The position numbers and the translations under genes are program-made. DNA of 64,000 nt from positions 6,448,001 through 6,512,000 of the forward strand of contig CM102284.1 in NCBI GenBank assembly GCA_046563655.1, in the 5' to 3' direction. This document shows positions 12,609 to 27,185 of the stretch, piece by piece. Origin of the DNA: Yuukianura sp. NJ FZ-2021. Its lineage: Eukaryota. Position 1 is the first letter of the stretch. Every line of letters starts with the position of its first letter. Below the pieces are notes generated by a model. That model saw only the letters and a program-made list of their open reading frames with translations, was not told the DNA's origin and did no database searches.

Positions 12609-13652
12609 TCAATAGAGTCGGTCCAAATTCTTGTAATCGACGATGTCACACTTTGTTCTGAGAATTCCAGTAAAATCGTTATGTTTTTGTCCGAATTTCC
12701 AGGCAGGAGCTCTTGGGCCGTCCTTGACATTCTCCAGAGAATACTTCGGACCAACCTTGTTGAGCTGATCGGATAAATCCGGATGTCGGCCTAACATGGT
12801 CCAAGCTGGATTTCGTTCCGGTTCGACGATGTTGTACGTGCCGGGTGCTGGAGCGTCGCTCTCAAGTTTTTCGTCCTTCCGGTTTCCTTTCCTGGAATTT
12901 GACACGATTTGACGTAAAATTTAAAAAGAAATTGCAATTGTTGTTCTGAATTCTAAAAAGTTATCTCAATTTTTTTTTGCAAATGGCTGAAATTTACATT
13001 GAAACTTCTTGAGCTGCTGTTCGCAGCATGACTTTTGGACCAATCATGGAGTCTAAAATGTACAGAGCATCAGTGTACAGACCACTGCGGAATGGACGAT
13101 ATGGAAAAATCAAGCATTTTCCAGTTCGGAACAAGTAGACGTCTGGATCTGGAAGGTTGTGGGATCCCGGTCCAACAGTATTTTTCTCAGCATCGGTTCC
13201 TGGAAACAAACTTAGGTTAATCGATTACTGAACGAAAGTTAATTTTTTCAGTAAATTTTTAGAATTTGTGTCGTACGTGGTGCAGCTCTGGTTCCAAATG
13301 ATTGTTCAATGGGATAACACACCCCGTGATGAGTGACATTGTCCTGGATTTTGTAGTAGCCTGCTCCAGGTCCAACCAATCCTTGCATTTGGAAAGATGA
13401 CTGAAGGTATGGTCGCATGGTATACTCGGGCTCAATGGGATGACGAACGTCATGGTGACGTTTTCCCACCAATGGTGGCAGAATGTACCCAGCAGGGCCT
13501 GGTCCACGGTCGTAGAAAGCCAAATGTCGCTCCTTCTCAACATGGTCACGCAGTCTCTTTTTTTGTAACTGTTGACCTCTGCGGTAAGTCCCAGTTTCCC
13601 CTGGGACAGCATTCGGTGACGATTTCTTTGCTGGTGCTGCTGCGCTGGACAT
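12609..13652 (-). CDS. ODF3/SHIPPO (PGP-repeat) sperm-tail/ciliary protein-like (exons 13652-13277, 13199-12998, 12891-12609)
   Basis: Repeated PGP-type motifs GPGPAGY, GPGAGYY, VGPGSHN, PAPGTYN, VGPKYS, each followed by P.Y/F/W.(M/F)G-like segments. The three exons join in frame. Confidence 0.75.
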
Positions 13653-13888
13653 TTTTGTTCCAGAATTCGCTTTTAAATGTCAAGGTCTTCTGATCGCTTG
13701 ATGTCTTTAACGCTGCTGGGTTTCAAATGATTGATTGAGGAATAAAGATTGAATTAAAAAAATTTTAGACATTGTTTCGAGGTCAGACCATAACGGTGCG
13801 GTGTCATTTCCATGGCAACCTCAAAATCATCCATGGATTATTTGACAACCAATCCAATTCTGAGAATCCGAAATTTTGCTGTTTGGTT

Positions 13889-14096
13889 CTACGCCGTCTA
13901 AAAAATAATTTCGTGCAGAATTGGTAAAGCAGTGAGTGTCGGTTGCTAAAAAGTCACAGTGTGATGTGTGTTGATTTTTGCGTGTCGTGCAGACTGCTTT
14001 CCAAAAAGTGTACCCTCGATTTTGGCCGGATCCTATGCGGATATTATGCGGAACAAAAAGGTTGACGTCTTCTTTCAACTTTTTTTGTGACGTCAC
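13889..14096 (-). repeat. Dispersed ~210-230 bp repeat, copy 1
   Basis: Its reverse complement aligns by eye to 47982-48213 (gtgacgtcacaaaaa...ccgcatagga.ccggccaaaatc...gagggt...cacgaca.gcaaaaatca...tttttagca.ccgacactcactg). Confidence 0.85.
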
Positions 14097-14643
14097 TCAC
14101 TTCAACTTTGTGACGTAACTGATCATAGCATTCCCTTGAACAGGAACATTGAAAAATATATTGGTTTATGCGGCGTCTTTATTCAATAGTAATTATTTTT
14201 CAGCTTCTTTTTTAGTTTCAAAATTATTAATTTAAGTTAATTTCAATATCAATTAAGTATAACTACAATTAAATTAAAAACAAAAGTGCTCATTTCGTTC
14301 TTTCTACGGTTCCATCTACCTTCGCAAACTGCCACCAGTTCCATTGGCGGGTATGTTATTTATAAAAAAGAATTTTTGTTTTGTTTTCTATTTGCTCTTT
14401 CAATTTCATCGAGTTGTTTTGAAAAACATTTGCAATTGGTGAATTGGTGAGTGAGTTCTTGATTAAAACCTAATTAGCTCGTAACCAAACGCTAAAAGCA
14501 CAAGTATTCCGGAAAGGAGAAGCAGCATCCGTAACAGGTACAGCACCGGTAAATCAATTGTTTAACGATCTTGGGTAATTGGATTTGCTGGTAATTGGAT
14601 TTCATTTTTGGTAGGTTTAACAATTCCAAAGTGACGAGAGCCC

Positions 14644-14943
14644 ATGATGGAACATAGCCAGGGCCAAGATCTTAAATCCAAATTGGATACTCTACTGACC
14701 CAGAATGGAGAGATTGAGCAGTTGAAGGACCTGCTCAGGAAACGATTACTGGAATCTGGTTGGAGAGAAGAAGTACGCCTAGCCTGTCATCGAGTAATTA
14801 AAGAAAATGGACTTGAGAATTGTTCTGTGGAATCAATTGTTAGAGATGTCACGCCGTCATGTCGAGAAAAGATACCCGCTGCAGTGAAGAAAGAACTTCT
14901 TCAGCATATCAACACGGCTGTCCAGAAGTACATTGACAAGTAG
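14644..14943 (+). CDS. ENY2: Enhancer of yellow 2 / Sus1 (SAGA and TREX-2 subunit), single coding exon
   Basis: GEIEQLKDLLRKRLLESGWREEVR...VESIVRDVTP...IPAAVKKELLQHI; 99 aa. Confidence 0.93.
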   Translation: MMEHSQGQDLKSKLDTLLTQNGEIEQLKDLLRKRLLESGWREEVRLACHRVIKENGLENCSVESIVRDVTPSCREKIPAAVKKELLQHINTAVQKYIDK

Positions 14944-15247
14944 CCCAAGACATGCCGAGTTTCTCAAGAAGTGAGGCAATCCTCGCTATTTAGAAGTTAT
15001 GCTTCTCTAAACTTATTAGACTCGACGTATTATTTTTCAATATTTTAATAAATAAAATATCTAAGTTATTTATATGAACATACATAGGATCTTCTGAATT
15101 TAGAAAGATGCCAAGAGGAATTGACAAAAATGTAATTACTACGCTGAATTGGATTTTTCCTAACATTTAGCTTTAGTACATAAGTCTAAATTACTAAAGT
15201 TGTTTAGTATCAAAGAAATGGAAAAGGTTGGAATTGGGTACAGGAGT

Positions 15248-15778
15248 TTAGATGCTGTCAACTCCAAAAGCTTTTCCGTATCCACCCCTGCCAGCATCGT
15301 AGTCCTTACGAAATTCATCTCTAACTTGTCCACCAGATTTCCCTCGGCCAAACTGTCGTCCTTCCTCGAAGCCAGCATCCCAATCAGTTCGAATGATGCG
15401 ATCATCCAGTTTAGTTCCATTGACATAACGAATGGCATTCTCTGCATCGTACCGATCATAGTATTCCACAAAACAGAATCCACATGGAGTCTTTTTGAAT
15501 CGGTCCAGTCCCATCACAATACGTCGAAGGTCGCCACATTTTGAAAAAAGCTCATGGATTTGGTACTCTCTGGTATAAAACGACAGATTTCCAACGTAGA
15601 GAGTGGTCGAGGTCAGCAGCTTCTTCTCCAAGTCACTTTGAGTCCCCTTTATAAAGTAAAACAGTGTCAATTCAGTGAATAACTCGCCCGAGGATTTGTA
15701 ACAATCGACAACGTGACGTTTGATAATGTCCCTTACCTTGAATAGCTGATCTCGGTACTCGCTCAATTTGGCAGACAT
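15248..15778 (-). CDS. NCBP2: Nuclear cap-binding protein subunit 2 / CBP20 (exons 15778-15737, 15646-15248)
   Basis: [11 protein letters not shown]...[27 protein letters not shown]...[12 protein letters not shown]...[24 protein letters not shown]. Confidence 0.97.
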   Translation of the reverse strand: MSAKLSEYRDQLFKVRDIIKRHVVDCYKSSGELFTELTLFYFIKGTQSDLEKKLLTSTTLYVGNLSFYTREYQIHELFSKCGDLRRIVMGLDRFKKTPCGFCFVEYYDRYDAENAIRYVNGTKLDDRIIRTDWDAGFEEGRQFGRGKSGGQVRDEFRKDYDAGRGGYGKAFGVDSI

Positions 15779-16962
15779 CTTTGTATACGGGTGTACTTGG
15801 TTGAACTGCAAATCAAATAGGTTCCTATTCGAAAGTGCTGTGCCGTTACTTCCAATGAATTGCTTTAAACTTTATAAGTAGTAACATCTAGATCTAACAA
15901 TGTTAGATTGTAACATACCTTACTTTTTCACGAATTAACGATTGACTTGTGAGGTCAACGCTGTGCTGGCAGAAGACAACTCTGCTCCTTCAGTCCAATA
16001 TTAAGATCAAAGATGTGCCAGTGCAACGTTTCACGTAGTGGCGACGGTCCAGGCAATCCAGTCGTCCAGCAATAAAAGTAACGGTAATCGTAAACGCTAA
16101 CGTTGCTTGATTCGATTTCGGTTATCACTTTGTTTTTGAAAAAGTAAATAAATAATTTTTTGAGTTTGACACACACACATACACAATAGAAGTCCACCAC
16201 TCACTACGTATGGGCAAACAAATAGTAAGTTTTGTCATAATTTATTATTTTGAATATTAATCCTAACGTTAATTGCAATTAATTAATTAAGTGCTACATT
16301 TTAAATGTACATTTGAGCTTATTATACTACTAATAAATGTCCCGGGTTAAGTACAATGTACAAGGTATGGTAAATCCATAAAAGCTTTTAATGCCGTTTA
16401 CGGATTTGGCATTGCATGAGGTGAGCACATGTCAGCTGTTTCATTTACATAATACCTCCTACACGTTCTTCAGTAAATCCCGTTGTTTTGCATCCGCAGG
16501 ATCCCCGAATCCCGGGAGAAGGGAGATCTCTTACATGTGGATGTGGAAGATATCAGTTCATTAAGTGCGGTTACGATTGAATTAAGCCAGACGCTCAGAC
16601 GGTATTTCCATTTTCCAGTTCAGTCGTAAGTTGTTTCTTCAAAGGAGAACAAGTCACCTCTCCTCAGTTTGGCTGGCTGGTGCCGACATTACGTTCTGAA
16701 ACGCTTATCATCAGGCACGTTTTTTATCGAAAAATTGTAAAGTTTTGCAGAGGAGCAGATGTAATTGAATTGTCAGAAATCTCAGGGAAGCTTGGAAACT
16801 TAGTAACCTAGGTCAGCTTGTATTGTATCTGCAATCATTCTGGTTGGCATTTAGCATGTGTAATTTTTGCTTTTTCTTTCTCAATTTGCAGGATTTCGTG
16901 AATCTCGGCCAAACAATTTTAAACGTTCCTGTGACATGACAAGGTGAAGAGAAAAGTTGAAG

Positions 16963-18375
16963 ATGAGTCCGAAAAGTGGTGGAAAAACAATCGAATGGAA
17001 GCATTTCATCTATGGTGGCATTGCATCATGTATCGCCGAAGGATGTAAAACTAACACACATTGAAGAATTAAAATTGATTTTGTGATTTTGATTTTGTTT
17101 TTTTTTTAACTAAAATTTTTGATTTCTGTAGGTACTTTTCCACTAGACACAACCAAGACGCGGCTCCAGGTTCAAGGTCAACAAGCCAAGCATTTAGTCT
17201 CATCGGGCGTTTCTCCAATCCGATCCAATTACTCGGGCATGTTCAATGCGTTAATCAGAATCCCAAGAGAGGAGGGTGTTCGAGCGCTTTATAGGGGGTA
17301 TGTTTGATTTTTAATTATTTCATGGATGCTTTAACTATTTCGTCACAATTTTTTTTTTTGCATTTGATTTTTTTTTTTGAATTTTTCAGTATTAGCCCAG
17401 CGCTTCTTCGACAATCGATCTATGGCACTCTAAAGTTCGGTATTTATTATTCAATGAAGCGCCTCCTTCCGGACGAGAACATCGCTTCCAACGTCATGTG
17501 CGCGGTAATCGCTGGTATGATACACAAATAACTTTGACTCTTCCATACTCACGAATACACTGTTTTATTTCAATGCAGTAATTCATCATTTATCAAAAAA
17601 TATTAACATTTTAGGAATGACAAGCAGCGCTGTCGCAAATCCAACCGATGTCCTAAAAGTTCGGATGCAAGTTTCGTCAACAGTTTCGCAATCTCTTGTG
17701 TCTTCGTTTGTTAAAATTTACACGTTCGAAGGTGCCGCTGGACTTTGGAGAGTAAGCACTTTGTTCTCAACTTTCGTTTTAAAATCGTAACAAATTGTTA
17801 TTTTTTACTTTGTTCAATCAGGGCGTTGGGCCCACAAGTCAACGAGCGGCGATCATTGCAGCTCTTGAGTTACCTGTTTATGATGGATGCAAAAAGTATT
17901 TCATCGATCATGACATAATGGATAATACTCCGCCCAATCATATAGTGTAAGACTTCTCAATTTCAATTTACTTGCAACAAATTCCACTCACGTTTATCGT
18001 TATAATCTTCATTTCGTTTTTAGTTCCAGTTTCATTGCAAGTTTATGTGCTGTGTGTGCATCTACGCCAGGTCAGTCACAAACGAAACCGAACTTTTCTG
18101 AAAACACCATGTACAATAATGTTTCATTTGTTGTTTCGATTTCAGTTGACGTAGTTCGGACGAGACTGATGAGTCAAAAGGTACATCGGAGCAGTGATTC
18201 CAATGAAATTAAACCTGGAAAGATTTACAAAGGGAGTTGGGACTGCATGAAAACAACCATAAGACTGGAAGGATTTCGAGCCTTGTACCGAGGATTTCTT
18301 CCGGCGTGGTTCAGAATGGGGCCTTGGAACGTGGCATTCTTCTTTTCGTATGAACAGTTACTGCTACTTTATTGA
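16963..18375 (+). CDS. SLC25A30: Mitochondrial carrier, UCP5/BMCP1-KMCP1 (SLC25A14/30) type, multi-exon
   Basis: [15 protein letters not shown], three carrier signatures ([33 protein letters not shown]), [34 protein letters not shown]. Confidence 0.88.
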
Positions 18376-19477
18376 AGTTCCTTGCCAAGCGCCACTCAAA
18401 GCGGCAGTGAAGCAACAAGATGGAGAGGAGATGACGTTAAGGGCAACAATTTACACAGTCCACTCCTGTACTCACGCTACGCGGAAAAGGCGGGATACTA
18501 CTGTGCAGTTGGCCTCTTCTTCCACTTCTAATAGCCTAAAAATTGACTAATTTTTTATAGAAAGTTTTATTGATATTAGTTTTCTAGATCTCAGGTCAAA
18601 TCCAATCATAATTCAAGGACGAAAACGGCATTAAGTCAGACGTCAACTTACGATTAAAAGTAGTTTAAGAAATTCCACGACCTAGAACTAGTACTAGAGT
18701 TCTGCTTTAATCAACTGCCTTGAAAGAACAGCAAATTACATCGAAAGACTTCCGGCATGCATACTTGCTATAATTGCTGATGTTGAGCTTAGAGGAACTT
18801 ATTAAGAATAAATAAAGTTAATTTAATTATTCAGTTCATAATTAACATAATTTAATTAGTAAGTCAATTCTCACTATTGTCCTTCAATTTGCCATATGGT
18901 GCTATTGTTTCAACGAATAAGTTACGCGCTCAACAAATCTCATTCGTGCATGTGTGATTCTAACTAAAGAATGCTCTCAGGAATGAAGAACGGCGGGAGT
19001 TTTGAACTAGTCTGCCAGGTGATTTTGTACCGGACGCCGGAGGCCGGACCCTGTGAAACCGGTCACTTTTTGCTGTTGTTTGGTTCGTCGTTTTCGTTTC
19101 GTTTGTCGTATCCTCGTATCGTTTTTTGTCGTCGCTTGGCGCTTAGCTGTCATCGCTGATCGCTGTCATTGCTATCATCGCTGTCGTCAACGTGTGTGTC
19201 ATCGTCATAGGGCATAGGTTTATCATTGTCAACTATCAAGGTAAAGTTTTTCCGGTATGCTCTCGAGTCTCGATATCTTTATCATTCGATATTTCTAATG
19301 TTTAAAGTTGAGTTGATCTGAATTTTAAACTGCGGTACTAGTAACACCGCGGTACAAGGGTTATAAACGTATAATCGTAGTATACACCCTTCACGATCAC
19401 AGCTTAGTACAGCTAAGACCTAAGACTAATTGCCTTTTTGTTGTCTGTAGGGAATTCCGAGTACGAGAGTTGAGAGG

Positions 19478-22400
19478 ATGAGTACAAGTGGCGGAGTTAT
19501 CGGTGGCATTGGCGTAGATGACGACTTTGATTGGAGTATCGGTTCTACGGAGTCGTCGACGCCCATTTCCATTCAGGAATTTGAACAATTGACTATGAAC
19601 GGGGCAGAGAGGGATTCGAACTCAAGGTTTGACGCGGATCTTTGGTTAGAAGGTCGCCATTCCCAGCCGTCTCATGATTCATTGGCACCAACCAGCTACT
19701 CGTTCTTGGGAACAGGAATTCGAGGTCAACCCAATCAAGTAAACGACAAGGGTTACGTCAAGCAGTACACCAAAGCGTTGGAGGACAGAATTCAGGAGGT
19801 AAAATCCAAATGACATTGTAGCCGAAGGGTATTATAATAATATATTACTCTACATAGATTTCTAAAACTTCAACTCGGCCTTGTGTTTCAAACGCTACGT
19901 CATTGGTTGAAGGTTCAACGGTCCCAGGCTCACGCTCGGGCTCAATGTGGACAACTGATGACGTTGTTTACAATCTATTTAACATGGAATGCCGGAGTCA
20001 AAGCGTCACATCGCTTGCAATTTATCAACACAAAGACGAAGTAAAAACGCATTTTTATCTTTATCGCCTTCCTTCATATCTGTTCATTTGATATTCGTCG
20101 TCTCACTTTTTAAAATCTGTCATCTATCTAGATCCTGGCAGGTTTAGAAGAACATCAAGTGCTTATTGTGGAGGGCTTTACCGGATCTGGAAAGACAACT
20201 CAGGTAAAGAATCACTCATCGAGAGTGTCAAACGATATAATAATACACTTTATCATAATTATGCTATGATTTTTCTTAGATTCCGCAGTACATTCTTGAC
20301 GATTTCGCAGAGAAGAAGAAACTTGGAAATATTGTTGTCACTCAACCACGCAGGATTGCCGCTCAATCTGTTGCCGATCGGGTTTGTAAGGAGCGACAAT
20401 GGATTGTTGGAGATTTGGTTGGTTATCAAGTAAGTTAAGAACTTAAAAACTGAATCACCAGATGAACTGGGGATGATGAATGAACGATTTCTAAATATTT
20501 TCGTATTTCCTTTAGGTTGGTTTGAACCGAAACACTACGGAACACACACGTCTAACATACGTTACGACTGGAGTACTCCTGCAGACCCTGATTTCTAAAA
20601 AGTCACTTCGGGATTACAGCCACATCATTGTTGACGAAGTTCATGAGCGTGACCTGGACACTGACCTCCTGATTCTCGTGATCAAGAAGTTAATGGTAGA
20701 AACTGCAGATCGTACCACCAAAGTAATACTGATGAGTGCTACAATGAACGCTGAGAAATTTGCTAATTACTTCCCAAAGTGGGCCACTGAGAAGATAATA
20801 TCTGAGTCGAAGATAATTCGTGTTCCGCAAGCCACATTTCATAAAGTCCATGAGTACTACATCGATACACTGGAACGCCCACTGGTATGTCCTCCACTTC
20901 CAATTGACTTTAACAACGTGAATATGTATTGAAAGAATTTTTGTTTTATTTCAAGGGCTCGGCATTCTCACTTCAACAAGCAGAGATTCTCAGCCACGTC
21001 AGCGAAGATCCCAAACTCCAGTCGTGTACTTATGATTTGGCCGTTGATGTTATAGCTGCGTTGGATGAGTTTGAACGAAAACTGAAACGAGGTGATCAGC
21101 GCGGAGGAGTCCTGGCATTTCTTCCTGGACTAATGGAGATTGATACGATGTACAAAAGATGTGCGGAATACATGGAGAAACGAATTGTGTAAGTTATTTT
21201 ATTATAAACCAAAAGGTTAAAAAGTGTTTTGTTTTCATTATTCACAAGTTAAAGTTAAATCTGAATCCATTTCAGGAAGAACAATGGAAAAGATGTGTTG
21301 AGGTGGAGTTTGCTGCCATTGCACTCTTCAATCACTGCTGAAGAGCAACAAAGAGTGTTCCACCCCGTCAAACCAGGGTTCCGGAAGGTCATTCTTGCAA
21401 CCAACATTGCGGAAAGCTCCATCACAGTTACCGATATCACACACGGTAAGAATGTTTGACTGTAACAACTTCTGCCTTATAATTTCCTGCGATCAATTAG
21501 TTTGTATTCTAATGTTTGCATCTTTTTGTTTTTTTTTTACAAACAGTCATTGACTTCTGCCTGACCAAATCTATCAGCTGCGATCCGCAGACAAATTATT
21601 CCTGTCTACGCTTGGAATGGGCAAGTCAAGATCAATGTGTTCAGAGACGCGGTCGTGTTGGACGAGTTTCGGAAGGTCACGTTTTTCGAATGATTACTCG
21701 CAAGGTTTATGTAAGTAAAACCGACGTTTGACAATGTGTAGTGGTCTGCAATATATTACATAGTAGCTGCGTTTTTTGTGTGCCGCATTTTAGACCTCCT
21801 TGAACAAAGAAACTATTCCTGACATGGAGAAAGCTTGTTTGGAAAACGTTATTCTGTCTGTCAAAACCTTGGATCTTGGCTCACCTACTGCACTTATGGC
21901 ACTAGCAATTGACCCGCCGGCTCAATCTGGTATCAAATTGGCAATCTCCAACTTGAAAGAAGTGAGTCAAGCTGCATATTGCCTGCGATTGTCCTTTGAA
22001 CTCTGTTCACAATGAGTGTTTTTGCAATAAGGTTGGCGCGCTTACCATTGAAGTGCGAGGAGTCTACAAGGCATACGATGGTGATCTGACAATGATGGGC
22101 AGTCTCATGGCCAAGCTACCGTTTGACATCCGTTACTCCCGCTTGATTGCTCTGGGACACGTCTTTGGCGTCTTGGAAGAGTCTGTCATTATTGGTAAGA
22201 AATCGTTGCTAGCTAACGTTTGCTGAATTTGAAATTGAAACTGAAAAATACCGCTGGCCTTGAGTAAAAGTAAGCTTTTGATTGTTAGCTGCTGGGCTCA
22301 GCGTGAAAAGTGCCTTCAGCTTCCCGTTCACGCAGCGTCTTCTGGCGTACTTGTCTAAGTTGATGTGGTCTAACGAAACTTTCTCAGACTGTTTCGCTAT

Positions 22401-25400
22401 CATCAATCTCTACCGGGTAACTAAACATTTGCATAACATTTTCTGTTCGTCCAACTTTGTTACTCACGGTAAACTTTATGTTACATTCATAGACTTGGAC
22501 GAGAAAGAATGCAGATGGTGAACTGCGAGACTACAACCAAATGAGGAAATGGAAACAGGCTTATTTTGTCCAGCTAAACGTCTTACGGTATTTGAGATAA
22601 ATAACCAATTTGTTTTTCCGAAAATGTTTCATGTGTATTTGATTTTTGAATTTGCAGCGAGATGAACCTGTGCATTCAAGATGTTGTTCGCCGCCTGCGT
22701 GGGTCCAACATCTTTGTTGACGTGGAAAAATTGACCCATGGTCGAATGTCACCAGAGCAAGCCCTAATGCTAAAGGTAATTCTCGCGTTTCAAAAATGTA
22801 CCCGGGAGTAATCTCGCAGTATTTTGATTCATTTTTCGGAAATATTTGCAGATTGTTCTCGCTGGAGCTTTTTACCCAAATTATTTTGTGAGGTTTCGAC
22901 CAGAACCGAATCAGTATGCTCGTCAAGTGACACGAGAGCTCAACGCTTCCGATCCACTCGTAACCCTTGTCTACACTGGATTTCCAAATGAGCAGCCAGG
23001 AGAGTTGTGAGTTACATTATCGCTGGGGTTTTAAAAATAGTTGGTACAATTTTAACTCTTTTTACCTTTTTAGATACGCTGCACACATTGCACAGAAGTT
23101 TGAATGTCTGAATACCGCTCCATACGTCAGTGTCAATGGAAGTAAAGCAGTTGCTCGGTTTGATCATCGTGGCGACAAAATTGGAACATTGAGTGTCAAT
23201 CTCTTCAGAGGAGTCAAGATGCGACAGCTTCGTCATCAAATCATCTTCCGTGGCACCAGGTTTGTTGAAATGTTGCCCAAATTCTGAGATTTACAGGATA
23301 GGGTGCAAGACGTTAGACAAGACCTAGGACGTTAGAATTTCTAACATTTATGTGTTTTCTCTTCTACGAAACTGTAGATGCGACATTGCAAAAGAGATAT
23401 GTGACAATGAGCTGGAATTGGCCAAGACTCGTATTTTCCCAGCGCCAAAGCAATGCGTCCTTCCTGGAATTAATGAAAATTACATGCTTGTCTCCGTTAC
23501 TTGGGTATGTTTATGCAGTACATGACAGCAAGGATTCAGTACATGACGACAGCATGGAGAACGAAAAAAGTATTGATTGGAGTTGTTTTGATTCCTTGCA
23601 GATCAATTCACCCGGGGACTTTTGGGTAATGTACAGTCAGGAACTGCAGAAATTCATGGGACTTACTAACTTGTTGAACGCCCACATTGATCACTGTCCA
23701 ACCCTCAACGGTCAGGAAGTAGTTGCTGGCAATCTCTGCCTCGTCCGAGTACGGACCAATGCTTATCGAGCCAGGATTGAGTATGTTTCGACTGACAAAG
23801 CGGACATAATGGTAGGAATTTACTTATTTGTGCCCAAGTATTGTGCTTGGTACGCACTTATGCAGTAGTGTTGTGGTCTGAATGGTTTTTTATTTTAGCT
23901 GTTTCTAATTGATGTTGGAGATGTCGTATGGAGGACTCCGAAGCACTGTTTCGCTCTCAGCGGGACACTGCTTAGCTATGACGTGCACCGAACACCAGGA
24001 ACGGTAATTGATTAACTGATGTTGCACTTGAGAATATCGAAAGGAACTCAATTCTTGTTTACGTTTGCTTTTAGGCAATGAACTGTCGTATCTTTGGAGT
24101 TAAGCCGCTTGTACGATACTCTGGAACATGGTCCGCAAGGGCAGCCGAATTCATAGCTGAAGTTGTTGCAAGGAATGACAATATTCTTGTGATGGATGTA
24201 AGTTTTAAAATTGGTTTTCAGTTAATCAAATGTCAGGTTCACAGCTAACTACTGTGTTCAAGGTTTTCTCTGTTGTGGACGGAGTGATTGCGTGTGACAT
24301 GTTTGGTCGAGATGCGGATGGGCTTGGTCGAGATATTGGAGTACGCACAATGTTGCTTTCCGATAATCTTGCGGCTGAAGCAGAAGATCCTAAACCAAGT
24401 TTGGTAAGTTTAGGATTCTGACTATTTTGAAGGAGTTTGATTTTACAAGTAAGCAACAAAATGTTTTTCAATCTGATTTGTAGGAGAATCAAAATTATCG
24501 CAAGAACGTCAGCATTGTTAACTTCGGTCGTGAGGACATTGAAAGACACAATTTGCGCCAACGGAATGATTCAGTACCACCAATTTTATTGAAGCCGCCA
24601 GTCGGAAAGAGTTGTCTCCAAGATGTAAGTCCGGTCCAGCACTACGAAACGGACTAGTTTAACGCTTTGTAACATTAACTTTGTGCACCTTAATTACTCT
24701 TTGCTTTTAGTACACGTTGAAGGGACCTTTTAGTCCTCTGGAAATGTCGTTTCGTGCATTGTCCTCCAGTACGCACACGAAGAGTGTTACTGTCGAAGGT
24801 TGCAGTATCAATTCGGTTGCATTGGATCAGGATCCCGGAACTCCTGCTGCCGTTGTGTTGATCGCTGCAGGCGTTGGAATTTCGCAGAGATCCGGATCTG
24901 TCATATTGCGGTAAGTTTTTTTTAAAGAATCGAAAAGTGTTGATTGATATTTTATGCGTTTTGTTGAACTGACTGCAGTGAAACCACTCTGATGCCACAC
25001 ATTCCCGGCTTGGTTGCAATGCTTACCATGCTCTTTTGTCCAACTATGCAACTACGTTCTGAAGGCGGCCATACTCGTTATACTGGGTGTTTGAGTGGAC
25101 TCGGAAAGGACTATGCTACAGGGGAATCGGTTTATGCTGACCACGACATGGAAGTGACTTTTGACACTGTGTTTGATGCAGAAGACATCAGAACGGTAAA
25201 GCAATTGATAGGAAATGTCAGAACTGATACATGCCGAAGTTGCTGTTGTCAAACGATGTTTTCTGTTAGATCAATGGGATTCGAGAAACTATGAACATGG
25301 TTCTGAACGGTGCGTATCAAACCCACAAGAATTTCTGTATTGACACAATGCGGAAGAGTGTACGAGCTGATGTTACGCGGTAAACAGTTGAAATCAATTC

Positions 25401-25717
25401 GTTTTAGTTCGATTAATATTCAAACTTTTCTTTTGGTCGTCAGCTTGCTCGAACGCACTCGTTCGCCAGCTGAGGAGGTCTATCCCTACAGGGAGTTTAG
25501 ATGGAACGATGATCCGAGCCGAAAACCAGTAAACGTTACGCAGAGTGGGCCCAACGGACAGCGCGTCATGAGCATCAAACATCGTGGAAATGATGTTTTT
25601 CCAATTCATTCTCTGGAAGTGTTACCTCCGACGAAAACGGAGGCAGAATTGGAACTGGAACGTAGGAATGCCGCTGCTGCTGCTGCTGTCGCCGCCGATG
25701 ATGACTTCTTTTTTTGA
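19478..25717 (+). CDS. spn-E: Spindle-E / TDRD9 DExH RNA helicase with Tudor domain (piRNA pathway), many exons
   Basis: [63 protein letters not shown]2 region, Tudor-like AYRARI, and the TDRD9-type C-terminal KGPFSPLEM...MPHIPGL...[10 protein letters not shown]. Confidence 0.93.
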
Positions 25718-27185
25718 AGTTATCCATTTTCTCACACAATTATTCCTCTTCTTCAGTAATTAATTCAGGCTCTCCTTTTTCTCCTAAAACGTAGGAATTA
25801 GTATCAGTTCTAGAATATTTTTAGTGTTCTAATGTTTTGGAATTTCTAATCCCGATGTTTCTCTTAATTGTCCTACTACTGTACTGTGTAACGTTGCTGG
25901 ATCGTCCTGGTGAGAGCTGCTTCACTGAAGGCTTCACATTACATCCCAAACAGTTTAAGTATAAGTTATAGATTTCTTTGTTAATTAGTTTCATGAATTA
26001 ATTGTCTATTTATGATTTAGGTTCGGTAGTTGTTCGACATAACGTTTGGAAGTGGCAGGAGATGCCAGTGTAAACGATTTGTTTGAGGTGAGTTTTATGA
26101 TTGCTTTTATTTTTCGGAATAAGATTGACGAACACTGCTGGGCACATGAGAGGGTTTTATGATTGTTTTGTTTACGAATTGTTTACGAGAAATTCAAGTC
26201 ATGCTGACTGTGCAGTTTTGTTTGCTAAAAGACAAGGAAACGTCAGTTTGTCGCCTTCATAATCGTTTTGGTAATCAAGACTCTTGATTCAAGAGAGCCT
26301 CTCGTGATGTACCAAAGTACTTAAAACAGTAGATTGAGTATTATTAGTGAACAAGACGATTCAGCCAACAACATATGCTGGGCTTCTTCCAATCTGGTCC
26401 GGATTTTATGTGGACAGAGCCAACGACAGCGTCACGACACTTTTAGACAGGTGACCTTGTAAGGTACGACGCTAATCTTAAAGTTACGGCGGAATTGGAT
26501 CGTGGAATTGTGAATTGTGTGCCCGTGCCCCTGGCCTTGGAAGAGTTTCGGTTTCGTTTTTGCGTTGCGGCTGGCACGATTGTCTTATCTTTTCAGTTGT
26601 TAGTGTTAATTTAATCTGGACATTTAATTGATCTATTTAGATATGACTGGATCTCTAATGTCTCCGGTGTTGTTAAATAGGAACTTCTAGGACGGAATCT
26701 GGAAGTGGAAGTACTTACTACAAACAAGGCTTTTCAAATTACGCTGATCGTGAAGATCATTTACGATTATTGGCAAACGTTCAAGTGTGCGAGTCTTCAC
26801 TCTTACCAGTGAGTGAGATACGTTACGTCTTTACTTTTCAATGTCGTTGTTGTCACTTGACATTTTTTGTCTTTGTGTAAGTTTGGCATAGTTCCTTGTT
26901 CCTTCAGTAATCAGAATGCGTGTCATTTCATCTTCACAGACAACAACTGCTGAAGGTGAAGGATGATCCGATCTGATTCGGTCCAAGTCCAAGTCGATGG
27001 TTTTTATTTATACACACAACAGTGTACTTCGTTCTTTCGTCTTTCTTAACAAAAACAAATATATGATACGCCTTATTACAGTACATCCTTGCTTATAATT
27101 AATTCCAGACCTAAATGGTGTTTTTTTTTATATTTCAGATTCTGAAATCTTTACCCTGGGCCGTACAAGTTAAACAGCATTTATC

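Noticed and set aside
13827-14096. Similar short ORFs here and at 48006..48191 suggesting a small gene family
   Set aside because: The similarity comes from a non-coding dispersed repeat; indels and non-ATG starts argue against coding.
15160-15544. Alternative-frame and antisense ORFs over NCBP2 (likewise over spn-E, PSME4 and others)
   Set aside because: Shadow ORFs of real coding exons with no independent support.
25750-27140. Possible ncRNA/snoRNA or extra gene between spn-E and PSME4
   Set aside because: Only isolated splice-like signals and an Inr-like TCAGTT (~26593); no convincing box or stem structure and no ORF. Probably UTR and promoter DNA.
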